From assembly GCA_963772655.1 (NCBI GenBank), contig CAVYYE010000009.1, positions 278,343 through 327,671 on the forward strand: 49,329 bases of DNA. The letters are read 5' to 3'. Below the pieces are notes generated by a model. The model was given only the letters and a program-made list of their open reading frames with translations, ran no database searches and was not told the origin of the DNA. This document shows positions 19,553 through 31,800 of this stretch, piece after piece; position 1 is the stretch's first letter, and every line of letters begins with the position of its first letter. The position numbers and the translations under genes were made by a program. Source of the stretch: an uncultured delta proteobacterium. Its GTDB lineage: Bacteria; Myxococcota_A; Polyangia; Haliangiales; Haliangiaceae.

Positions 19553-20875
19553 TCACGGTTCGATGACGACAACCGCGCCGGCGGGCATCGCGATCCCGCG
19601 TACGCCGTCGCGGATCGCATGGGCCGCGCCCTCGCAGGTCACCGCGATCGCCGGTTGCCGATCGATCCGGAGCCGGATCGCGTCGTGTTGCGACGTGGTG
19701 GTCGTGAGCTCCGACACCGGGATCGATCGGCCGTCGCGATCGCGAATGACGAGGCGAGTCAGGTCGTTCGGTCCGCCGGCCACGATCCGGACCTCGTCGT
19801 CGCGATCCCCGGAACGCACCCGTGCCACCGGCGTGCCCCCGAGCGTCACCGCGAGGAAGCGAGCGAGTTTGCTCGGATCCACGCCGAGTCGTGCGAGCCG
19901 ATCGCGATCCGGCTGCAGCACGAGCTCCGGTGCCGCCGCGGCCCGATGACATCCCGGCACGCCGAGCGCGATGGCGTCCGCCGCGTGCGCGAGCGCCTCG
20001 CGATCGGCACCCCGCACGTCGACGATCACCGGTCGCGAAACCGAGAGCACGGGCGTCGCGGTCACCGTGGGATACGTCCGGCGTGCGTCGCGAAGCACGT
20101 CCGCGATCGCCTCACCGAGACGCGCGCGATCGGCGTCGCCCTGGTAGCGGATCGCCAGCGAGACCGGTTCCGAGGAACCGCGACCGAGCACCGAGGCGAT
20201 CGTGGCAACGTCGGAGATCCGGACGGGCACGCCATCGGCGACGCGGATGACGACCGATCCCAGCTCGGCGAGGTCGTGCGGACGCCCGAGCATCGGCACC
20301 GTACCCACCGGGACATCCGCTCGCGGGCTCGAGAGCGCGGCGTCGACATCGAGCGTGGTGACCCCGTAGCTCGCGAGGCGTACGGGATCCACGCGCACCT
20401 CGATGACACGCTCGCCACCGTGCACCTCGGCCGCGGCGATGCCCGGCTGGCGTTCGATCCGGTACGCGATCGCCTGCGCGACGTCGGCGGTGTCGGCGCG
20501 CGAACCGGTGCCGTCGATCGCGAACGTCAGATCGAAGCGTGCGACGTCGCCGCGAATCACCTCGGGCATACTCGCGTTCGAGGGCAGCCGCGAGGTCATC
20601 TCCTCGACGCGTGCTCGCACGTCGGCGAGCTCGAGGGCGCGATCACGCCGCCACGCACTCACCACGGCCACCCCGGGACGCGACTCCGAACGGATCGACG
20701 TCGCGCCGGCGTTGCTCAACGCCTCCTCGACGACGAGCGTCAGGTCGTGCTCGACCGCCACCGCGGCGGCACCGGGCTCCGAGACGACCACCGTGACCGT
20801 GACCGTGGCCGGCGCTGGCTCGGGGGCACGGTGGCACGCGACGAGCCCGAGCACGGTGCAGACCCCGACACGCAC
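19553..20875 (-). CDS. lipoprotein with an RND-transporter (AcrB/CusA-like) periplasmic porter-type domain and no transmembrane domain
   Basis: Lipobox LGLVAC. The body parallels the AcrB porter subdomains (..ALSNAGATSIRSESRPGVAVVSAW.., ..VIEVRVDPVRLASYGVTTLDVDAAL..). GTG start chosen because the long ORF overlaps tRNA-Phe. Confidence 0.45.
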   Translation of the reverse strand: MRVGVCTVLGLVACHRAPEPAPATVTVTVVVSEPGAAAVAVEHDLTLVVEEALSNAGATSIRSESRPGVAVVSAWRRDRALELADVRARVEEMTSRLPSNASMPEVIRGDVARFDLTFAIDGTGSRADTADVAQAIAYRIERQPGIAAAEVHGGERVIEVRVDPVRLASYGVTTLDVDAALSSPRADVPVGTVPMLGRPHDLAELGSVVIRVADGVPVRISDVATIASVLGRGSSEPVSLAIRYQGDADRARLGEAIADVLRDARRTYPTVTATPVLSVSRPVIVDVRGADREALAHAADAIALGVPGCHRAAAAPELVLQPDRDRLARLGVDPSKLARFLAVTLGGTPVARVRSGDRDDEVRIVAGGPNDLTRLVIRDRDGRSIPVSELTTTTSQHDAIRLRIDRQPAIAVTCEGAAHAIRDGVRGIAMPAGAVVVIEP

Positions 20876-20923
20876 GCGGGCAGCATACGACCCCCAATGA
20901 TCGATCGTGTGCGCGAGTTGTCG

Positions 20924-20996
<73 letters not shown>

Positions 20997-21285
20997 TGGT
21001 TGGGTCGCAGAATCTACGGGACGACGCGGACGCACGCAAGTCACTGGGCGGCCGACCCATCGCGCACGTCGTGATCGCATCGCGCGAGCAACGAAGCACG
21101 ACGCGAGGTGATCAACGCGCTCGCGAGCCGTACGCTCACTTACATACATATTGGGGGATACAAGCCGCACGAATTGTCCTCTCGCAGCCCCCAATCCACA
21201 GACTCCTACCTCGCAAGATCGGCCACTTGCGAGAGGTACAACCGTTGCAGGAATCCCATTCACCGTGGAGGTAGTGGGACTCTTG

Positions 21286-21603
21286 ATGGTGGCGTGCGCC
21301 CTGGCGGGGGCGTGGATCGTGCGACGCGTGATGCGCGCGCACGCGGTCGCGGTGCCCGAACCGATCACCGATCGTGCGGCCCTCGACGAGCATCGCGTCG
21401 ACGGCGATCACGTGTACTCGCGGTCGACCCTGCGCGTGCGCGCGCAGTCGACGCAGGGCGTCCGACTGGCGCGCGGCAGCATCGCGCCGCCGATCGCGGT
21501 GTCCGGCGTGATCGTGATTCCCGAGCCCGAGCCCGAGCCGGTCAGCCAGCGACGTCCGACCACGTTGCCGGGTGACGGGCATCGTCCCGTCACGGTTCAC
21601 TAG
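21286..21603 (+). CDS. hypothetical small membrane protein
   Basis: GGAGG upstream. MVACALAGAWIVRRVM hydrophobic start and a PEPEPEP tract. Weak call. Confidence 0.3.
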   Translation: MVACALAGAWIVRRVMRAHAVAVPEPITDRAALDEHRVDGDHVYSRSTLRVRAQSTQGVRLARGSIAPPIAVSGVIVIPEPEPEPVSQRRPTTLPGDGHRPVTVH

Positions 21604-21829
21604 CCCCCGTTCGCCTCCAGTCGGCTCGCGGGTGATACCGTTCCCGCGTGCGGGTCGCCGCGTGCGCCGATGTCGTGTCGCCGCGGAGATCGCTTCCGCC
21701 ACGATCGCATCTCGAAGTTTCTCGGGGGTGCGATCGCGAACAACCGCAACAACTCCGGCGAGTTGTCCCTCGGCGATCGGACGGACAAACCGCCGCATCT
21801 CGCGTCGGTAATGGCACAATACCCCGAGC

Positions 21830-23919
<2,090 letters not shown>

Positions 23920-23923
<4 letters not shown>

Positions 23924-24579
23924 CGCTCGCGCTCCCCGACGAACCTCGCTGGGTGGAGGCCCACGGGATCGCCACCGATCCCGACGGCTGGCGGCGGGAG
24001 CTCGACGGTGGCTTCGCACTCGGGCACGACGCCGCGCGGTTGATCGTGATCGCCGATGCCAGCTCGGGCGGGGCCGCGGCGCTGGCGGCCGAGTACCCGC
24101 ACCACGCGATCCTGACCGCGTCGGACGAGCTCGCGGCCGCGCTGCGCACGGCGGGTCGCAAGCCCGCGCGCGCGATCCTGCACACGGCGCCCGCTCCGGG
24201 GGCGCTGCCGGATGTCGTCGGGGCCCATCGCCTGCCCGACGACGCGCCGCTCGATCACGTGCCGCCGGCGCTGGTCGAGGAGCTGATCTGGGCGCGCGCG
24301 CGCGGACCGATCTGGACGGTTCACCTCGACGGCAACCCCGTCGCCTTCGCCTACGCACCGTGGCGGAGCGCGCGCTGGTTCGATGTCTCCGTGGACACGC
24401 TGGTCCATGCGCGCCAGCTCGGACTCGGCACGATCGCGGCCGCCGCGATGATCCGCGACGAGCGCACCGCGGGTCGCGAGCCGGTCTGGGGCGCGGACGA
24501 AGGCAACCTCGCGTCGCGTCGACTCGCCGCCAAGCTCGGCATGAAGGCCAGCGACGAGATCTGGGTGGCACCGCCGTGA
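23920..24579 (+). CDS. GNAT-like acetyltransferase (putative)
   Basis: C-terminal QLGLGTIAAAAMI motif resembling the acetyl-CoA binding segment. GTG start overlaps the kinase stop (GTGA). Confidence 0.45.
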
Positions 24580-24619
24580 GATCGCGAGCGAGCACGCCCG
24601 AGTCCGTCGCGAGATCGCG

Positions 24620-25252
24620 ATGACGACGGCGGTCGCGATCGCGGCTGGCCGCGGCTCGCCCGCGCGTGCCGAACCGAGCAACCGCACGCTGGTGTACACG
24701 GGGCTCGCGCTCGCACCGCCCACGTATCTGGTCGGCGTGTCGCTGCACGAGAGTAGCCACGCGCTGATGGCGAAGATCGTCGGCGCCGACGTGCTGACGC
24801 TCCACGTGTTCCCGCCGGGTCACGATCCGCACGGCTACTTCCGGTTCGGGTGGACGTACGTCAACAAGTTGAACGGTCGGGGCTCGAAGATCGCGTTCTA
24901 TCTCGCGCCCAAGATCACCGATGCCCTGCTGCTCGGCGGGTTCGCGGCGCTGGTGTTCACCGACGCGTGGCCGAACAACCGCTACGGCCAGCTCGCGCTC
25001 ACGGTGTTCGGCACCGGCCTGTGGGTCGACTTCTCGAAGGACGTGGTGGTGTTCAAGAAGTCCGACGACGTCGTGCGGGCGTTCGACCTGTGGTGCATGA
25101 AGGGGTGGAAGCAGCTCCCCGCGCGGCTGCTCTACGCCGGGCTGGTCGTCGGGTTCGGGGCGATCGTGGCGCGGGGCTACCAGCGGACGTTCGCCGACGC
25201 GGAAGATCCCGCAACCATGCACGTTCTCCCGGTGTTCGCGCGGACGTTCTGA
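24620..25252 (+). CDS. hypothetical membrane protein with an HExxH-like motif (LHESSHAL)
   Basis: 210 aa with several hydrophobic segments. Possible metalloprotease-like motif. No family assigned. Confidence 0.4.
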   Translation: MTTAVAIAAGRGSPARAEPSNRTLVYTGLALAPPTYLVGVSLHESSHALMAKIVGADVLTLHVFPPGHDPHGYFRFGWTYVNKLNGRGSKIAFYLAPKITDALLLGGFAALVFTDAWPNNRYGQLALTVFGTGLWVDFSKDVVVFKKSDDVVRAFDLWCMKGWKQLPARLLYAGLVVGFGAIVARGYQRTFADAEDPATMHVLPVFARTF

Positions 25253-25277
25253 TTGGTCGCGGGACCGGGTTTGTGGC

Positions 25278-25703
25278 ATGTTCGGCGCCATGACCTGGCT
25301 CCGTATCGTCACGATCATCGCGGTCGTCGCCACCTCCTCCGCGGTCGCGCGCGCCGACGAGAAGCGCGACGAGATCTCGCAGGCCGATGGCGAGAAGGTG
25401 CTCGCCTTCTTCAACAAGTTCGTCGACGCGGTCGTGGCCAACAAGGACCACTGCCCGCAGATGGCCAAGGCGATCAACACGGTGATCGACGCCAACACCG
25501 ACACCATCAAGATGGCCAACGAGGCCAAGGCCAAGGGCAAGAAGCTGCCGCAGGCGATCGAGGACAAGATGATGGCGCGGGTCAAGGAGATGATGCCCGC
25601 GATGCGGAAGTGCGGCGGCGACAAGGACGTCAAGGACGCGACCAAGCGCCTCGAGGCCAAGTCCGACAAGTCCGAGAACAAGTCCGACAAGGCCGAGAAG
25701 TAG
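25278..25703 (+). CDS. small secreted Lys/Asp-rich protein
   Basis: Signal peptide WLRIVTIIAVVATSSAVARA, then a charged helical body. Confidence 0.5.
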   Translation: MFGAMTWLRIVTIIAVVATSSAVARADEKRDEISQADGEKVLAFFNKFVDAVVANKDHCPQMAKAINTVIDANTDTIKMANEAKAKGKKLPQAIEDKMMARVKEMMPAMRKCGGDKDVKDATKRLEAKSDKSENKSDKAEK

Positions 25704-25719
25704 CTGTCCCGATCTATCG

Positions 25720-26364
25720 ATGGACGAGCCGCCCGCGCCGCCACAGGATGCGGGCATGTCCGTCGACCTCGCGGCCACCGCGCCTCCCGCGGATCCGCCC
25801 GCCACGCCCGTGACCCGGCCGTCGCGCGCCGTACGCCGCGTCGTGCTCGGCACGCTGGTCGCCGCGTTCGTGGTCGGCGCGATCTATCTGTGGCGCACCG
25901 GTAGCGTCACCCCGACGAGCGTTCGCGACTGGCTCGAATCACTCGGCCCCGGCGCGCCGATCCTGTTCGTGGGCGCGTTCGTGTTGGGGTCGTTCATCGG
26001 CCTGCCCGGCATGGCGTTCGTGATCGGCGGCCGGCTCGCGTTCGGTCCGTGGGCGGGGCTCGTGCTCGGTTACGTCGGCGGCCTGTGCGCGGTCTCGATC
26101 CCGTTCGTCGCCGCGCGCACGCTGCGGCGTACCAACACCGGGTGGCGCCCCAAGAACCGCCACCTCGCACGCGCGTTTCGCCTGCTCGATGCCCACCCGT
26201 TCCGCGGCGTGCTGCTGCTGCGGCTGGTGCTGTGGTTCAACCCGCCGCTGTCGTACGCGCTGGCATTCTCGCGGGTCTCGATCCCGCAGTACATCGGGGC
26301 GTGTGCGCTCGCCCTCCTCCCGGTGGTATCGCTCGCGAACGTGGCGACCAGCTGGCTGTTCTAG
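25720..26364 (+). CDS. DedA / TVP38-TMEM64 family membrane protein
   Basis: Polytopic membrane protein with a G..G..GLPG-type motif (GSFIGLPGMAFVIGG). Confidence 0.65.
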   Translation: MDEPPAPPQDAGMSVDLAATAPPADPPATPVTRPSRAVRRVVLGTLVAAFVVGAIYLWRTGSVTPTSVRDWLESLGPGAPILFVGAFVLGSFIGLPGMAFVIGGRLAFGPWAGLVLGYVGGLCAVSIPFVAARTLRRTNTGWRPKNRHLARAFRLLDAHPFRGVLLLRLVLWFNPPLSYALAFSRVSIPQYIGACALALLPVVSLANVATSWLF

Positions 26365-26368
26365 GCGC

Positions 26369-27517
26369 TCACCCGGCCGGGAACGAGATCACCAGCCGGC
26401 CATCGGCCCCGTTCTGCGCGGCACCGCAGGCGTCGCCGCCCGCGATCCCTCCGTCGGCTCCGCTGGGCGTCGGAAGCTCCACGCAGTTGGTCCCGGTGCA
26501 GAAGCACCCGCCGCCGCCTCCACCACCAGCCCCGACGGAATCACCGGTGCCCGCCGCGCCGGCGCCACCGGTGTAGCCCTCGCACGCGGCACCGCCCGCA
26601 CCGGCCGCACCGAGCACGTCGGCGACACCCGCACCGCCTCCTCCGCCCGCGGCGAGGAAGAACGCGCCCGCCTTCGAGAACGTCGTCGCGCCACCGCCGC
26701 TGCTGCCGACGATCGTGGAGCCACCCCCGCCCCCACCTCCGCCATACCCACCGTTTCCACCCGCTCCGATCCCCGGTCCACCGACGCCGCCCGGCGGTGA
26801 TCCACCGATTCCGGGGCCTCCCACACCACCACCCGCGTTCCCGCCCCCACCGCCCGCATAGCCACCGGCGGTCTTCGCGGTCGACCCGCAGAGGCCGCCC
26901 TTGCCGATCGTGATCGAGAACGTGTCGTTCGGCGTCTGCCCGGCGAGCGAGAGCGTCGCGTGTCCGCCCGGGCCGCCCGCGGCGGACTGGCCCTGGGGCG
27001 CGATGCCTCCGGCACCTCCACCTCCGAACGCCTCGAGGATGTACGACGTGCACCCGGTGGGCACCGTGAACGTGCTGTCGACGGTGTACGTCAGCGACAC
27101 CGACGGGCAGCTGCCATCGACGAAGCACGCAACCTGGGTCGCCGACGCCGTCATGCCCGAGATCCGCCCCGTCGAGTTCGCGACGATACAGGACCGGTTC
27201 GAAGCGACCGGCTGCGCCGTGATCACGAACGACGTCCCGTCGGCGAGCGGCGTCGGCAAGAAGAACGGCCCGTCCGTCATGATCGTGATCGAGTCGCCAT
27301 CGGCGGTGCGAACGATCACCCCGCCGGTCGCGCCCGACAGCTCGCCCCCGACGAAGTAGAACCCGCTGGGCGCATCGGGTGGCGTGGCATCGGACGGCTT
27401 CGCGTCGGATCCCCCCGCATCGCCAACCGCGTTGTTGTCGATCGGATCGAAGTGCCAGCGACAGCCGGCCACGACCACGATGAGCGACAGCAACGAGATA
27501 CTCCCCACGATTTCCAT
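26369..27517 (-). CDS. glycine-rich secreted lipoprotein
   Basis: Lipobox VVAGC. The C-terminal half is dominated by GGxGG/GGAGG runs with scattered Cys. Confidence 0.6.
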   Translation of the reverse strand: MEIVGSISLLSLIVVVAGCRWHFDPIDNNAVGDAGGSDAKPSDATPPDAPSGFYFVGGELSGATGGVIVRTADGDSITIMTDGPFFLPTPLADGTSFVITAQPVASNRSCIVANSTGRISGMTASATQVACFVDGSCPSVSLTYTVDSTFTVPTGCTSYILEAFGGGGAGGIAPQGQSAAGGPGGHATLSLAGQTPNDTFSITIGKGGLCGSTAKTAGGYAGGGGGNAGGGVGGPGIGGSPPGGVGGPGIGAGGNGGYGGGGGGGGSTIVGSSGGGATTFSKAGAFFLAAGGGGGAGVADVLGAAGAGGAACEGYTGGAGAAGTGDSVGAGGGGGGGCFCTGTNCVELPTPSGADGGIAGGDACGAAQNGADGRLVISFPAG

Positions 27518-27636
27518 CGTAGGGGAGCCGCGGTCAGATTCAAGCGTTCGATCGACATCGACGTCGACATCGACGTCGCACGGTTCGCGCAGCGCACTGT
27601 CTGGCCCGAGTCGGTGCGATAGTCATCACAGGACGG

Positions 27637-28893
27637 ATGTCGGAGCGGCCTGCCGAGTTCTTGTACTGGGAGCACCTCGATCACCCGAGGGTGCGCAAGA
27701 TCCGGTCGGTGTGTCGCGCCGTGCTCGGCTTCGACCCGGCGCCGCCGGACGAGGTCGTGCACGCGCTCGCCGCGATGTACTACGACGCCGATCCGGTCGC
27801 CGAGGCGTTCGTCGACGAGGTCTACCTCGGACGCGGCATGGCGGCGGGTCGGGCGATGCTCGAGCGAGCGCTCGCCGACGGCGTCGATGCCGTCCCCGAT
27901 GCCCCGGCGTCGCTGCGCGCGCTGTTCGCCGACATCGATCGCGATCCGCCATGGCTCGACTGGGATCGCGTCGAGCGCGGCGCGCGCGCGTTCCGCCGCT
28001 ACGGCACGGCCGTGTTCCGGTTCGCGGGCGCGATCACGCTCGAGGGGTACGCCGAGAGCTCGGTCGCGAAGCCGCTCGCGCTCACCGGTGCGTACGCCGG
28101 CGCGACCGCGCGCAAGCGATTCCTCGAGACCGCGGCGTTCTGGATCGCGGTGTCCGAACCCGGCGGGCTGCGGGCCGGCGCGCCCGGCCGCGCGTCGGCG
28201 CTGCGGGTGCGCGTGATGCACGTGTTCGTACGGCGCAAGCTGATGTCGCATCGCGAGTGGGACCTCGCGGCGTGGGGCGTACCGATCAGCCAGGGCGACG
28301 CGCTGCTGACGCTGATGGGCGGCAGCTTCGCGCCCGGGTTCGGGATGTACGCGATGGGCTTTCTGCCATCGCGCGACGACATCCGCGCGATGATGGAGTT
28401 CTGGCGCTACGTCGGTCACCTGATCGGCGTGCGACCGCGGTGGTATCCGTCGTCGCTCGCCGAGGCCGCGCAGCTCGCGTTCGTCACCGCGATCAAGGGC
28501 GCGCGTCGCTCGGGCGATGACGGGCGGGCGCTGTGCCAGGCCTACGCCCGTGCGTTCGAACCCGAGGAAGTCGACGATGACACGGCCGACCGCGGCGTCC
28601 TCGTGCGCCTGCGCGGCGCGCTCGAGCATCGCATCCACCTCGGCTACACGAAGTACTTCACGTCGCGGCGGACCTACCGCCACAACGCGCTTCCGCCCGC
28701 CGGGGCGTGGGGCTACATCCCGCTGCTCGTCGCGCCGTGGATCGCGACGGCAGAGATCCTGCGCCGCGCGTTCCCCGCGCTCGACGGCGTCGCCGATCGC
28801 GTCGCACGCCGGCGTCGCGATCGCTGGTTCGCCCGGCACATGAAGGGTCGCGCCGCCGAGTACCGGCCGGTGGAGCAGTTCACGCGAGGCTGA
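27637..28893 (+). CDS. DUF2236 / MpaB-type oxygenase family protein (putative)
   Basis: RVRVMHVFVRRKL and surrounding helices resemble DUF2236. Its stop is 2 nt before the downstream kinase ATG. Confidence 0.5.
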   Translation: MSERPAEFLYWEHLDHPRVRKIRSVCRAVLGFDPAPPDEVVHALAAMYYDADPVAEAFVDEVYLGRGMAAGRAMLERALADGVDAVPDAPASLRALFADIDRDPPWLDWDRVERGARAFRRYGTAVFRFAGAITLEGYAESSVAKPLALTGAYAGATARKRFLETAAFWIAVSEPGGLRAGAPGRASALRVRVMHVFVRRKLMSHREWDLAAWGVPISQGDALLTLMGGSFAPGFGMYAMGFLPSRDDIRAMMEFWRYVGHLIGVRPRWYPSSLAEAAQLAFVTAIKGARRSGDDGRALCQAYARAFEPEEVDDDTADRGVLVRLRGALEHRIHLGYTKYFTSRRTYRHNALPPAGAWGYIPLLVAPWIATAEILRRAFPALDGVADRVARRRRDRWFARHMKGRAAEYRPVEQFTRG

Positions 28894-28895
28894 CG

Positions 28896-31800
28896 ATGAG
28901 TGTCGTGGCCGGCTCGGTGATCGGGGGGCGCTACCACGTCCGCGAACGTCTCGGACGAGGCGGCATGGGATCGGTGTATCGCGTCACCGACGAGACCGGT
29001 GGCAAGGACCTCGCGCTCAAGCTCAACGAGGTCGACGACCGCCCCGAGCTCGACCACTCCGACGCCGAGCTCCGGTTTCGGCGCGAGTTTCACACCATGG
29101 CGCTGCTGCGCCACCCGCGGATCGTCGAGGTCTACGACTACGGCATCGACGCGGAGGGGCCGTTCTACACGATGGAGCTGCTCGGCGGCCACGACCTGCG
29201 CGAGGAGCGCACGCTGTCGATCCAGGACACCGGTACGGTCGTCCGCGATGTCGCGAGTGCGCTCGCGTTCGTGCACTCGCGGCGGCTGATCCATCGCGAC
29301 GTGTCGCCGCGCAACGTCCGCTACACGCAGGATGGCCACGTCAAGCTGATCGACTTCGGGATCCTCGCGAGCCCGGGCGTGTGTCCCGACGTCGCCGGCA
29401 CCCCACCGTTCATCGCCCCGGAGAATGGCTACGGCCTGCCTCTCGATCACCGCGCCGACGTGTTCGCCCTCGGCGCGTTGACCTACTGGCTGCTCACCGG
29501 GCGGCACGCGTATCCTGCCCGTCAGGTCTCCGAGCTGCGCTCGGTGTGGCGCCGCACGCCGGCGATCCCGTCGAGCGTTCGCTCCGAGGTGCCACCCGCG
29601 CTCGACGAGCTCGTGATGCAGATGTTGAGCGTCGACCCACTCGCACGCCCGCGCTCGGCCGCGGAGGTGATCGAGCGTATCGACGCGATCGTCGGCGCGG
29701 CGCCCGATACCGAGCTCGAGGTCGCCCGCGGCTATCTCGCGAGTGCCAGCTTCGTCGGCCGCCAGCGCGAGATGAAGCGGATGCGGCGCTACTTCGATCG
29801 CGTGGCGGCGGGCGGTCCGGGCCGTGCGGTGATCGTGGAGGCGCCGTCGGGCATGGGCAAGACCCGCCTGCTCCGCGAGATCCACCTCGAAGCCCAGCTG
29901 CGCGGTGCCACGGTGATCGAGGTGGTCGGTGATGTCGCCGGTCGCGGACCGTACGGTGTCGCGGCCGAGCTCGCGCGCGCGGTGTTGCGAGCCCTGCCCA
30001 CCGAGCTCGTGACGCTCCGGCCGCACGCCAACATCCTGGTCCGGCTGTTGCCCGAGCTCGCGGACCGCATCGATAACGTCCGGCCGTCACCGCCGCACCC
30101 CGATCCCGCCGAGGAGCGCATGCGGATCCAGGCGACGCTCGTCGACTGGCTGTCCGACGTCGCACGCCGGCGGTTCCTGGTCGTCGAGGTCGATGACGTC
30201 CAGCGCTGCGACGAGGCCTCCGCGGCCGCCCTCGCCGCGCTCGCTCACTCGGCGAACGACCTCCAGCTCGTGCTGTGTACGGCGCTCCGTACCGACGAGC
30301 CGGTCCGCGCCCACGCCGCGATCGCCGCGATCCGCGATGCCAGCCGCCGGCTCCGCCTCGAGGGGCTGCGCGCCGAGGATGTCGAGGAGCTGATCCGGAC
30401 GATGTTCGGCGAGGTCCTGCACGTCGGGCGGGTCGCGCACTGGATGCAGCAGCTCGCCAACGGGAGCCCGTTGTATTGCATCGAGCTCGCACGGCTACTC
30501 GTCGATCGCGAGATCATCCGGTACGTCGGTGGCGAGTGGTTGGTTCCCGAGAACGTCGGAGAGATCGAGCTGCCCCGGAAGCTCGCGACCGCGCTCGAGC
30601 AACGGATCGAGCGACTCGGCGGTCCGGCGCGCGCCCTCGCCGAGGCGATGAGCGTCCACGGCGGCGAGGTCTCGCTGGCGACGTGCCTCGCCCTCGCCGA
30701 CGATCCCGACGAGGATCACCTGTTCGCCGCGCTCGACGAGCTGCTGTTCCACGAGGTGCTGCTGCTCGCCGGCGCGATGTACGAGTTCCGCCACGACGGC
30801 CTGCGCGAGGCCCTGTCGCGCACGCTCGACCCGGTGCGAAGAACCCAACTCCACCTCCGGGTCGCGTACGCGCTGTCCGGCGCCGGGCCGGTGACGCCGG
30901 TGCTCGAGGCGGAGATCGGGTGGCACCTGCTCGAGGGTGGAGAGGTCGAGCGCGCGGCCACGCTGCTCGAGCGCGCGGGGACGCGCCTGTTCGATACCCA
31001 GTCGTTCTTCGAGTCGATCCGTCCGCTCGAGGCCGCGCTCGCGATCTACGAGGATCGCGACTCGCATCCGACGGCGTGCCTCCGCATCAAGGAGATGCTG
31101 GTCACCGCCGGCCTGCTCGCCGACCACTCGATCATCCAGCGCTACGCGACGCCGACGATCTCGTCGCTGTTCCGCGTCTCCGGGCTGAACGTCGCGCTCA
31201 AGCTGCGGTTCTTGTCGCGGCCGATCGCGCTCGGCCTCGGCATGGGCGTCGCGTTCGCGCGCTGGCTGATCACCGGTCTTCGCGGACCGTCGCCCGTGCA
31301 GGCGCTGCGCTCGTTCATCCTCACCACCAACGCGGCGGCTGCGGCCTACGCGCTGATGCTCGACTTCGACTCGCTGCGCGCGCTGGTCCCTCGGATCCGG
31401 CCGATGGCCGTGCTCCGGCGGCGAATCCCGTACGCCGTGTACCTGCTCTCGCAGTCGCTGATCGATCTCGCGCTCGCGCGGTTCCGCCAGGTCCGCGACA
31501 ACGTCGACCGGATCCTGTGGATCCTCGAACGCGATCGGATCACGCCGATCTCCGACCTCGAACGCGCGACCAGCGAGGCGGTCGCACGCTACCTGCGGGT
31601 GCTGATGCTGGTGTCCGAGCAGGACCCGGCGTACGTCGAGGAGATGGCGACGCTCGAGAAACTCGGCCTGCGCCACTTCGAGCTCGGCGCCGTGCAGGCG
31701 CGGATCGCGTTCCATCGCTCGCGCGGCGAGGAACAGGAGGCGAAGGCACACGAGGGCAAGGCCGACCTGTTGTTCATCCAGCTCGGATCGGCGTGGCAGA

